Part shown: positions 8,814-16,149 of the stretch, in pieces | How the letters are laid out: every line of letters starts with the position of its first letter | How positions within the stretch are numbered: position 1 is the first letter of the stretch | Assembly: GCA_014728565.1 (NCBI GenBank) | Contig: WJLK01000035.1 | Span: 1 to 32,896, forward strand | DNA: 32,896 nt | Direction: 5' to 3' | DNA from: Candidatus Pacearchaeota archaeon | GTDB lineage: Archaea; Nanobdellota; Nanobdellia; Pacearchaeales; GW2011-AR1 | Translations under genes and position numbers: made by a program | Notes under the pieces: generated by a model | The model's input: the letters and a program-made list of their open reading frames with translations, nothing else | What the model was told of the DNA's origin: nothing | Database searches by the model: none

Positions 8814-9149
8814 TCAACTATTAAAATCAACTAACTCAGCTGGAAAAGTTCTCTCTCCCTCTTCAACTAACAGATCAGTCAAACAAGAATAACTAACGAA
8901 TGTTTCATCAAAACCAACTTCTTGTATTCTTCTAGGTGACTGAGCATAAAATCCTTCTTCATAATCTCTATCAATCCTAACTCTGACCTGATGCAAAAAA
9001 TCTGACTCAGATTCAACTGAATACAATACCCATTTTCCATCCAATTTCCTAAAAATTTCTCTCCTTACTTCAACACTTTCTTCTAAAGAAACTCTTCTGT
9101 ATCTAAAACAAGAAGAAACAAAAGCAACCTGAGTCCTTGCATCTGCCAT
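8814..9149 (-). CDS. Hypothetical acidic protein (111 aa), orphan
   Basis: Complete ORF with a T/A-box (revcomp of 9170-9178) 20 nt upstream of the ATG. 13 Arg vs 2 Lys. No recognisable motif. Confidence 0.5.
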   Translation of the reverse strand: MADARTQVAFVSSCFRYRRVSLEESVEVRREIFRKLDGKWVLYSVESESDFLHQVRVRIDRDYEEGFYAQSPRRIQEVGFDETFVSYSCLTDLLVEEGERTFPAELVDFNS

Positions 9150-9201
9150 TTAAAAAAACAGATTGCTTATTTAAAAAAATAATTATAAATAAAAACATCT
9201 A

Positions 9202-9477
9202 TTAATTTTCTCTTTTTGTTTTTTCAACTAACTTATGAACATCAATTCCTCTTTTTTTTCTGTTTGTAAAATACCAGACTTCAATAACAACTAAAAAAGC
9301 CATTAAAAACAAAAAAGTAATAAAAGCAGGTCCTTTTAACTCCATTGCTCCAATAACACTTCCAGTAATTGCAAATAAATAAACCAGAGATATAAAAGAA
9401 AAAAGAAATCCTAAAAAAGTTATAATTCCAAAAAATATTAAAAGTATACTTATTATCTCATCATCCTCAAATACCAT
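9202..9477 (-). CDS. Small integral membrane protein (91 aa, 2-3 TM helices)
   Basis: Long hydrophobic stretches and a basic C-terminal tail. TTTATATAG (revcomp of 9498-9506) lies 20 nt upstream of the ATG. Confidence 0.55.
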   Translation of the reverse strand: MVFEDDEIISILLIFFGIITFLGFLFSFISLVYLFAITGSVIGAMELKGPAFITFLFLMAFLVVIEVWYFTNRKKRGIDVHKLVEKTKREN

Positions 9478-9679
9478 AATTAAACCAGTTGATTACTCTA
9501 TATAAAAATTTCTAACATACAGGATAATGATTATAAATCCATACAAACTTCAGTACTCTTTTCTTGTATATCTTTTGTATATACAATACTTACACAGAAA
9601 TATTAGAAATTTATTTTTGTAAAATTTATAGAGCTATCTTCAGTTCCTCCTTTTCCACAACTTTTTCGATTTCCCAAAA

Positions 9680-9751
9680 AGCACGGGCTGGGAATCGAAC
9701 CCAGGAAAACGAGGTCTGCAGCCCCGCGCAATACCACTATGCGACCCGTGC
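9680..9751 (-). tRNA. tRNA-Cys (anticodon GCA)
   Basis: The reverse complement folds as a 72-nt cloverleaf: acceptor GCACGGG/CCCGTGC, anticodon loop CTGCAGA, T-loop TTCGATT, discriminator U73 (a Cys identity element). Confidence 0.9.
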
Positions 9752-9757
9752 ATAAAA

Positions 9758-9831
9758 TGCTCCTGACAGGATTCGAACCTGCGACCTACTGCTTAGAAGG
9801 CAGTCGCTCTATCCAGCTGAGCTACAGGAGC
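9758..9831 (-). tRNA. tRNA-Arg (anticodon TCT)
   Basis: The reverse complement folds as a 74-nt cloverleaf: acceptor GCTCCTG/CAGGAGC, D-arm GCTC/GAGC, anticodon loop CTTCTAA, T-loop TTCGAAT. It lies 6 nt from tRNA-Cys. Confidence 0.9.
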
Positions 9832-9869
9832 AATCTAATACTGAATTTAAAAAAACATCTTATTTAAAA

Positions 9870-10400
9870 CTATTTCTTTTTCTTAAATTTCTTTTTTCCA
9901 ATAAAAAAATATTTCTCCTCTGTTTTAAACTTTTCATGATTCCTAACTACTAAAAAAATTACAATAACAACTATTAATAAAAAAACAACATAACCTATTT
10001 TCTTATAAAAAGGATTGTCAATGATAACATTTCCTGTTAAAGAAGGCTCTCCAAGAACAATCTTTTTTTCTATAAATTCTTTATGACCAACCAGACCTAT
10101 CATAACATAATACTCTCCTGAAGATATTCTAGTAATATCAACTGCAAATTCCCTCTCAATCATACTATCTTTATTAATTGAAAAACCATCTCTGTAAGAA
10201 TAAACAACACCTGTCTCATTCACAATAAATATATCAATAGAAACAGAATCTCCAATAAAACCAGAATTATCAAAAACATAACTTACATTTAAAATACCTT
10301 CTTCTAAACTTAAATTTCTTATCTCAAGATAATCCATTTCAGAAGCATTTACTGAAATTATTAAACAAAAACATAAAACAAATAAAAATATTTTTTTCAT
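9870..10400 (-). CDS. Secreted, C-terminally membrane-anchored surface protein (one Ig/CARDB-like domain), hypothetical
   Basis: N-terminal signal peptide, one beta-rich domain paralogous to domain 2 of the upstream gene (Y.FDNS.FI...), then LTGNVI, a TM helix and a Lys-rich tail. It starts 2 nt after the upstream stop. Confidence 0.65.
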   Translation of the reverse strand: MKKIFLFVLCFCLIISVNASEMDYLEIRNLSLEEGILNVSYVFDNSGFIGDSVSIDIFIVNETGVVYSYRDGFSINKDSMIEREFAVDITRISSGEYYVMIGLVGHKEFIEKKIVLGEPSLTGNVIIDNPFYKKIGYVVFLLIVVIVIFLVVRNHEKFKTEEKYFFIGKKKFKKKK

Positions 10401-10402
10401 TT

Positions 10403-11344
10403 TTAATCCTTTCTTAAGCTTATCTGAATATCATTAACTGAGTCATTCTTATTAATTAAATTATTTAAATTTTTTCTCAGCCACCTAACTCTTCCAAGAG
10501 TCAAATCCTTTTTATACTGGATACCTTTATTCCATGAATCTCTAAAAATAAAGAATATTCCAATAGTTATGATTATAATAAAGATTGTATAACCAATAAC
10601 TTTTTTTACAGCCATTCCTCCAATAACCATCCCAGTTGTCTGAGTATCACCAATAATAACATTTTCTTTAACAGCACTTTCCTCATCAGAATTAATCCCA
10701 ATATAAAAAGTATGTATTCCTTTAGAATCTTCTGGAATCTCCATTACAAAAACTCTTTTTACAATTTTTTTATCTGATTTAAAAGAATCAGAAACTCTAT
10801 TAATCTCTGTTCCTCTGTCATCAACTAACCAGCCACTAACCAAAACATTATTATCAATAAAATTAGAATTGTCAAAAGAATATTCTGCTTTAAGTCCTTT
10901 CTCTGTCTGCTTAACACTGATTATATTTATAACCCTAAGATTCTCTATAACACTAACAACAATAGACTGATTCTCTGAAGTCTCGCTGCATGAAACTTCC
11001 AAATTGCCATAATAATCTCCTACATCTATTTTCTCAGGAACTCTTAAATCAAAAATATAATCTGTATTTTCACCTGGAGCAATACCTTTAACTAAGTTTG
11101 AATAAAACCAATTTTTTGTCTCACCCCTGAAAATTAACCTGCATCTATTAAGAAAAAATTTCCCATTGTTTTTAACCTCCAGAGAAAGAGTTTTTCTCTC
11201 ACCACTCTTAGCAATTATATTTCCAATTTCTGAAAATTCAATTCCTTTATTAAATTCATCATCTTCAAAATTCTCAGCTCTGATAACTCCTAAAATTAAA
11301 ATTAATAAAACACCAATTACAAAAAACACTTCTCTTTTTTCCAT
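10403..11344 (-). CDS. Secreted, C-terminally membrane-anchored surface protein (two Ig/CARDB-like domains), hypothetical
   Basis: Signal peptide, GDYYGNLEVSC-type CARDB-like strand, TTGMVIGG motif, TM helix, basic region. TTTATAAAG (revcomp of 11365-11373) lies 20 nt upstream of the ATG. Confidence 0.65.
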   Translation of the reverse strand: MEKREVFFVIGVLLILILGVIRAENFEDDEFNKGIEFSEIGNIIAKSGERKTLSLEVKNNGKFFLNRCRLIFRGETKNWFYSNLVKGIAPGENTDYIFDLRVPEKIDVGDYYGNLEVSCSETSENQSIVVSVIENLRVINIISVKQTEKGLKAEYSFDNSNFIDNNVLVSGWLVDDRGTEINRVSDSFKSDKKIVKRVFVMEIPEDSKGIHTFYIGINSDEESAVKENVIIGDTQTTGMVIGGMAVKKVIGYTIFIIIITIGIFFIFRDSWNKGIQYKKDLTLGRVRWLRKNLNNLINKNDSVNDIQISLRKD

Positions 11345-11391
11345 TATAAATAAAAAAGAACTTTCTTTATAAAACTAATTATAAAAAATAA

Positions 11392-12105
11392 CTAATGTTT
11401 TTTTATTCTAGCACCTGTAATTATTATAACAAGAATAGCTAGAACAACCAGGAAAACAATAACAATTGGATATCTGCTCCAAAAGTTTTCTGAACTAACA
11501 CTCTCTAATCCAATAACATTTCCTGTCAAAGCAACATTTTTAAAAACAATGTCCTGTTTCTGAGTTCCGTCATTAACCCTCACATCATAATTACCTTCAG
11601 GAGCTGTTAATCTAATTTCTTTTTTTTCTCCTACCTCTAATGGAACAACTGCAGTTTCCTCATGCCCTCCAATAGAGATAATAAGAGATTTTTTATAAGG
11701 AACATTACCAATATTAGCTATAATCAATTTATCCTTCTCTAATCTAATATCTGCTTTTTCTAATTCCTGGACATTAAAAAGCTCTTTAGCCTCAACATCC
11801 TTATAACTAGCAACAACTGCCCAGTAACCACTTATCGAATTCTCCGGAAGTTTAAAAACAACACCCTCTCCAGAATTAACCCTTCCTGAATAAATAACAT
11901 CTGTATAATAGTTCTGAACCTCAAAATTCACCTCTCCAGGAATCTCATTATTGTCATCATCATAAAGAATAACATTAATAAACATCTCCTCTCCAGGAAC
12001 ATAAGTATTATCAATATCTATTCCTATTTTTTCAGCTGAAATTCCTGCTGAAAAAATAATGACTAACAAAAACATCAATAACTGAACATCTCTAATTTTT
12101 TTCAT
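11392..12105 (-). CDS. Secreted, C-terminally membrane-anchored surface protein (two Ig-like domains), hypothetical
   Basis: Signal peptide, beta-rich domains (GYWAVVASY, GNYDVRVNDG), LTGNVIG motif, TM helix, RIKKH tail. TTTAAAAAT (revcomp of 12126-12134) lies 20 nt upstream of the ATG. Confidence 0.65.
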   Translation of the reverse strand: MKKIRDVQLLMFLLVIIFSAGISAEKIGIDIDNTYVPGEEMFINVILYDDDNNEIPGEVNFEVQNYYTDVIYSGRVNSGEGVVFKLPENSISGYWAVVASYKDVEAKELFNVQELEKADIRLEKDKLIIANIGNVPYKKSLIISIGGHEETAVVPLEVGEKKEIRLTAPEGNYDVRVNDGTQKQDIVFKNVALTGNVIGLESVSSENFWSRYPIVIVFLVVLAILVIIITGARIKKH

Positions 12106-12125
12106 GTTATTACTAACTTAATGAT

Positions 12126-12134
12126 ATTTTTAAA
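12126..12134 (-). promoter_or_regulatory. TATA box (TTTAAAAAT) 20 nt upstream of the 237-aa surface-protein gene
   Basis: One half of a back-to-back divergent promoter pair; the other half is the RNase Z promoter. Confidence 0.55.
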
Positions 12135-12154
12135 ACTTACCAATCTCAAAAACC

Positions 12155-12163
12155 TATTTAAAC
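12155..12163 (+). promoter_or_regulatory. TATA box (TATTTAAAC) 20 nt upstream of the RNase Z ATG at 12184
   Basis: The spacing rule supports ATG 12184 over the track start at 12121. Confidence 0.55.
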
Positions 12164-12183
12164 CAAAATATCCTTTGCTTTAT

Positions 12184-13089
12184 ATGGCAGAAAAAATACA
12201 CCTAACTTTTCTGGGAACGAGCAGTGCAATTCCTACAGCAACAAGGAATCACACATCAATTTTTCTTAGATATAAATCTGAAAATATCCTGATTGACTGT
12301 GGAGAAGGAACTCAGAGACAACTAAGAAAAGCTAAAATCAATCCTCTAAAAATAAACAAAATACTTATAACACACCTCCACGGAGACCATGTTTTCGGTC
12401 TTCCTGGATTATTTGAAACCCTTGGTTTAAATAACTACAATAAAACTCTTTTAATCTATGGGCCAAGAGGAATAAAAAAATTTATCAAAAACATTATCAG
12501 AAATTTTATATTCACTGAAAAAATCAAGATACAGGTAAAAGAGGTTAATGGAAAATTCATAGATACAGAGGATTTTGAAATAACAGCTATGAAACTAAAA
12601 CACAATTCTATCTGCAATGGTTACTTCTTTAAAGAAAAAAATAAACTTAGAATAGATAAGAAAAAACTAAAAAAACTTAAGCTTCCTGGCTCATCAGAAA
12701 TAGCAAAGCTCAAAAAGGGAAAAAACATAAAAATAAATAAAAAAACAATCAAATACAAAGACCTTACTTATCCTGAAAAAGGAAGAAAAATAAGTTTTAT
12801 TCTTGACACGCAAAAATGCCAGAACATTAAAAAATTAATAAAAGATTCAGACCTCGCTGTTATTGAATCCACATTCCTGGATTCCCTAGATAAAAATAAA
12901 GTCAAGGAAAGAATGCACCTGACAGCAAGACAGGCAGCTGAACTTGCTAAATCATCAAAAGTAAAAAAACTAATACTAACTCATCTGTCCCAAAGATACG
13001 AATATAAGGAAAAACTAGTTCTTAAAGAAGCTAAAAAATATTTTAAAAAAACAGAAATAGCAAAGGATCTAATGAGTATAACAATATAA
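12184..13089 (+). CDS. rnz: Ribonuclease Z (tRNA 3' endonuclease, metallo-beta-lactamase fold)
   Basis: LTFLGTSSAIP, ILIDCGEGTQRQ, ITHLHGDHVFGLPGL (HxHxDH) and C-terminal LTHLSQRY. Start chosen at MAEKIH by TATA-N20 spacing. Confidence 0.85.
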   Translation: MAEKIHLTFLGTSSAIPTATRNHTSIFLRYKSENILIDCGEGTQRQLRKAKINPLKINKILITHLHGDHVFGLPGLFETLGLNNYNKTLLIYGPRGIKKFIKNIIRNFIFTEKIKIQVKEVNGKFIDTEDFEITAMKLKHNSICNGYFFKEKNKLRIDKKKLKKLKLPGSSEIAKLKKGKNIKINKKTIKYKDLTYPEKGRKISFILDTQKCQNIKKLIKDSDLAVIESTFLDSLDKNKVKERMHLTARQAAELAKSSKVKKLILTHLSQRYEYKEKLVLKEAKKYFKKTEIAKDLMSITI

Positions 13090-13090
13090 T

Positions 13091-13342
13091 CTAATCTTCC
13101 TGTTTAACAACTGAAGCAGGTGAAATAAAAATGATAGTATCTCCTCTTAAAAAAGTAAGCCCAATACTTCTTTTATTCTCACCCTCATTTATCTCTTTAG
13201 CGTTATCTAAAACAATATTTATATGAATATCAAATGCAAGAAGAGTTCCTACCATCTGTCTGTTGTTTTTCAGCTGAACAAGCACTTCTTTTCCTTTTGC
13301 ATTATTTAAGACATCAAGTGGTCTCTCAATTCCATTAACCAT
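13091..13342 (-). CDS. Sm-like (LSm/SmAP) RNA-binding protein, copy 1
   Basis: Sm1 motif (PLDVL...GKEVLVQLKNNRQMVGTLLAFDIHINIVLDNA) and Sm2 motif (TFLRGDTIIFISP). TTTAAAAAC (revcomp of 13363-13371) lies 20 nt upstream of the ATG. Confidence 0.85.
   Translation of the reverse strand: MVNGIERPLDVLNNAKGKEVLVQLKNNRQMVGTLLAFDIHINIVLDNAKEINEGENKRSIGLTFLRGDTIIFISPASVVKQED
13227..13331. repeat. 105-nt block identical to 13579-13683 (inside Sm copy 1)
   Basis: Base-by-base comparison: the identity is bounded by mismatches at 13226/13578 and 13332/13684. Offset is 352 nt. Confidence 0.9.
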
Positions 13343-13362
13343 AAAAGAACTTTATTAATGAA

Positions 13363-13371
13363 GTTTTTAAA
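13363..13371 (-). promoter_or_regulatory. TATA box (TTTAAAAAC) 20 nt upstream of Sm copy 1
   Basis: Same 9-mer and spacing as the MscS and GlyRS promoters. Confidence 0.6.
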
Positions 13372-13454
13372 ACTTTCTATAGTCATGACTACATAAATTC
13401 AAAAAGAACCAAAAGACCGTGCCAATCTAAATAGGTCAAAACTCATTACAAAAA

Positions 13455-13694
13455 CTAATCAACCACATTTGCAGGAGATATGAAAATAACTGAATCTCCT
13501 TTTAAAAAAATCAACCCCAGATTCTTTTTTTCATCTCCCAAGATCTCTTTTGCATTATCAATCGCAATATTGATATGCATATCAAATGCAAGAAGAGTTC
13601 CTACCATCTGTCTGTTGTTTTTCAGCTGAACAAGCACTTCTTTTCCTTTTGCATTATTTAAGACATCAAGTGGTCTCTCAATTGTGTTTTTCAT
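13455..13694 (-). CDS. Sm-like (LSm/SmAP) RNA-binding protein, copy 2
   Basis: Same Sm1/Sm2 motifs; the N-terminal ~40 aa are nearly identical to copy 1. TTTAAAAAAG (revcomp of 13714-13723) lies 19 nt upstream of the ATG. Confidence 0.85.
   Translation of the reverse strand: MKNTIERPLDVLNNAKGKEVLVQLKNNRQMVGTLLAFDMHINIAIDNAKEILGDEKKNLGLIFLKGDSVIFISPANVVD
13579..13683. repeat. 105-nt block identical to 13227-13331 (inside Sm copy 2)
   Basis: See the paired repeat feature at 13227-13331. Confidence 0.9.
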
Positions 13695-13791
13695 AAAACA
13701 AACTATAAAACATCTTTTTTAAATATTCTTATAAAAAAATATAAAAATCAACTCCCAAAACATTTAAATATAGTTTTTAACAAAAAAATCT

Positions 13792-14172
13792 ATGGGATAT
13801 GGAAGAAAAACAACTGGAGGAAAATATCATAAATTCAGAAAAAAGAAAAAACACTCTCTTCCAGGAGAAGAAAGAAAAGTAAAACTCAAAGAAAGAAAAT
13901 CAAAAGTAATCAGAACAAGAGGTAAAAATCTTAAAACAGCGTTGCTATCAGACGAGTTTGCAAATGTCACTGACCCTAAAACTAAAAAAACCAAAAAAGT
14001 TAAAATAACCAATGTACTGGAAACACCTTCTAATCGTTTCTTAGCTAGACAAAATATTCTTGTAAAATCAGCTATAATAGAAACAGAACTTGGAAAAGCT
14101 AAAATAACCAACAGACCTTCTCAGGAAGGCATGGTCCAAGCTCTGTTAATTAAAGAGGAAAAAGAAAAATAA
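13792..14172 (+). CDS. rps8e: 30S ribosomal protein S8e (eS8)
   Basis: The N-terminus GRKTTGGKYHKFRKKKKH..G and the overall basic ~125-aa architecture fit archaeal S8e. TTTAAATAT (13763-13771) lies 20 nt upstream of the ATG. Confidence 0.85.
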   Translation: MGYGRKTTGGKYHKFRKKKKHSLPGEERKVKLKERKSKVIRTRGKNLKTALLSDEFANVTDPKTKKTKKVKITNVLETPSNRFLARQNILVKSAIIETELGKAKITNRPSQEGMVQALLIKEEKEK

Positions 14173-14243
14173 ATCCCTATCTCACATATATTTAAAAACC
14201 CTGTTTTTCATGTTTAAATTAATAAATTTAATACAAATCAAAA

Positions 14244-14375
14244 ATGTCTTATGATTTCAATGACTCAGGTTATGGTTGTGGAAATGGAGGATATTGCAAT
14301 CAAGCAAATAATTATATGAATAATGAAACTGACCAAAATCCTCAGCAAGCTCTTTACGATAATGGTTCTTTTTAG
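14244..14375 (+). CDS. Possible small protein (43 aa, Tyr/Gly/Asn-rich): MSYDFNDSGYGCGNGGYCNQANNYMNNETDQNPQQALYDNGSF
   Basis: Found by my own translation of the 218-nt gap after S8e. A TTTAAAAAC motif at 14191-14199 lies upstream. Too short for the track, and no homology is recognisable. Confidence 0.25.
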   Translation: MSYDFNDSGYGCGNGGYCNQANNYMNNETDQNPQQALYDNGSF

Positions 14376-14390
14376 AATTGTTCATAATTT

Positions 14391-15452
14391 CTAAAAAAAT
14401 CTTTTTTCCTCAAATACTCTTTCATACAAACTCCTGACTATGCCTGATTTTGGAGCTGGATGACTTGAATTAGTTTTATAAAGCCTGTAAGCATAATCTA
14501 AACCTAATCCCATCCAGGCAGTAAACAAAAAAACAGGTAGAACAAAATCTCCCTGTTTTGCAGAATATTGCAAATACTCCAAAAGAGGCATTGTAGTACA
14601 GAGAGGTATCAGTGCTTCAGAAGCATGAAATACTGCCTGTTCATAACTTCCAAGATTTCTTCTAATAGCAGAATCACTTCCAAAAAGAAAAGTACCTGCT
14701 TTTCTAGGAATACTTCTCCACTTAAAAACTAATTTTTCTAAGTCTTTTCTTCCAAATTCTCTTAATGAAAATACTCTATAATTCCTATGTTCTGGTAAAA
14801 GTCTTCTCCTATTTCTAGTTATGTCTGAATAATCTCCAAAATTATCTTTTCCAAATAATCCTACGAATCTATCATACATTTCAGAACCTGTCTGAATAAC
14901 TTCTCTAAGAATATCTCTCTCATCTGTTTTTTCTCTTGCAGTCATGTACCTATTCACCCATCCACAAAGTTCTTCTCTGGACATGATATGCGAACAAAAA
15001 GGTTTTATAGAAATAGCAGGAAAAACATAAGGTTGCTCTATCTTTATGGCTGTTTCAGAATCATCATCAAAAACAGTATCACAGAAGGGACTTATAATTC
15101 CATAAAAATCCCCTTTATTTTCTACAAATTCAACAACACTCCTATCAATAGTTTTCATAGACAAATCAAAAGGATTAATCTCAAGATAGTAGAGAGGTGT
15201 TATTCTCCCAATCTCAGGATCACTATCTGATATCAGAACAGACATTTCAATATCAGAAATGCCTGAAGCAAGAGATAAACCATAATTATTTCTCACAACA
15301 TCATAATAATATCTTGTAGTATATCTTCGTAATCCAACTAGATAAACCCAAAAATTATCCTTACTTCTATCCCTGAACAAATCATCAAAATCAAAATTCC
15401 CTCTAAAAAAACTCGGAGTTCTAGGTTCATCAGTTCCTAATAATATTGGCAT
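14391..15452 (-). CDS. Hypothetical protein (353 aa), Arg-rich, C-terminal hydrophobic segment
   Basis: Long uninterrupted ORF. The track start at 15461 is TTG; the ATG at 15452 has ATATAAA (revcomp of 15473-15481) 20 nt upstream. I recognise no domain. FVLPVFLFTAWMGLGLDYAY lies near the C-terminus. Confidence 0.6.
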   Translation of the reverse strand: MPILLGTDEPRTPSFFRGNFDFDDLFRDRSKDNFWVYLVGLRRYTTRYYYDVVRNNYGLSLASGISDIEMSVLISDSDPEIGRITPLYYLEINPFDLSMKTIDRSVVEFVENKGDFYGIISPFCDTVFDDDSETAIKIEQPYVFPAISIKPFCSHIMSREELCGWVNRYMTAREKTDERDILREVIQTGSEMYDRFVGLFGKDNFGDYSDITRNRRRLLPEHRNYRVFSLREFGRKDLEKLVFKWRSIPRKAGTFLFGSDSAIRRNLGSYEQAVFHASEALIPLCTTMPLLEYLQYSAKQGDFVLPVFLFTAWMGLGLDYAYRLYKTNSSHPAPKSGIVRSLYERVFEEKRFF

Positions 15453-15507
15453 AAAACTCAAAACTAGAAAACTTTATATGAATTGTTGTTTTCAAGAAAA
15501 TTCATTT

Positions 15508-15963
15508 CTAAGCAGCAGAATGAATTCCAAAACCAAGAAGATTTCTAGAACTGTCTACTAATTGCTGACCACTAATTCCAAGCATATCAAATATCTCTCT
15601 AACATCAGAATCTTCTGACCTTCCAATTCCAATAATCAGATGTTCTGGTCCTCTGTATCCATGTTGCATTTCCTCACCACTCTTCTTTGCAAGATTCACT
15701 ATATTGACTGCAGAATGTGTATAAGGCATATCATATCTATGAGCAATCCTATCTCTAACTGCACCCTCTATTTCAGGAAAAACACCAAGTACCTTACAAG
15801 GAGTGATTCCCTCATCTCTAAGAAGTATTCCTGATAAATCTGTCCTTAACAAACCCATGAGAATACATCCTGGTGTAACTTCTTCATAACCTAGAAAACG
15901 AGCAGTTTCAGCTGCTTCATCTAATACCCTAAACCAGTTTTGGTTATAACTCACATAACTCAT
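15508..15963 (-). CDS. Stand-alone Clp N-terminal (Clp R, double-repeat) domain protein
   Basis: Two repeats fit the Clp_N pattern: VLDEAAETARFLGYEEVTPGCILMGLL...GILLRDEGITP and IVNLAKKSGEEMQHGYRGPEHLIIGIGRSEDSDVREIFDMLGIS. There is no AAA+ module. A TATA (revcomp of 15984-15992) lies 20 nt upstream of the ATG. Confidence 0.7.
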   Translation of the reverse strand: MSYVSYNQNWFRVLDEAAETARFLGYEEVTPGCILMGLLRTDLSGILLRDEGITPCKVLGVFPEIEGAVRDRIAHRYDMPYTHSAVNIVNLAKKSGEEMQHGYRGPEHLIIGIGRSEDSDVREIFDMLGISGQQLVDSSRNLLGFGIHSAA

Positions 15964-16049
15964 ATAAAATTAACTAAAAAATAATATAAATACCTTTTCA
16001 TGTTCTAAAGACTCTAAAAAAATTTATAAATCAGGTATAATAGTCTTTT

Positions 16050-16149
16050 AAGAGGCAGATGAAAAGGTGAATTAGCTGTTATGTTCTGAATCTTTTTCTT
16101 CATTACACATCAGCATATTCCAAGGATTTGCCATCCTTGTCTGCCTCTT
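16050..16149 (+). ncRNA. Candidate ~100-nt structured RNA of unknown class
   Basis: A perfect 10-bp closing stem AAGAGGCAGA (16050-16059) / TCTGCCTCTT (16140-16149) encloses a perfect 7-bp hairpin CAAGGAT-TTGCC-ATCCTTG (16121-16139) and a second imperfect hairpin (~16083-16106). TTTATAAAT at 16023-16031 lies 18 nt upstream and a T4 run follows. There is no ORF. Confidence 0.3.

Noticed and set aside
9575-9586. Perfect 12-nt palindrome TTGTATATACAA upstream of the tRNA-Cys/Arg pair
   Set aside because: It is a pure AT-rich palindrome of a kind expected by chance here. It may simply be part of the tRNA promoter TATA region and is not distinctive enough to call.
9564-9755. 63-aa plus-strand ORF
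   Set aside because: Its 3' half overlaps tRNA-Cys (9680-9751) on the opposite strand, and the remainder is AT-rich intergenic sequence. It is spurious.
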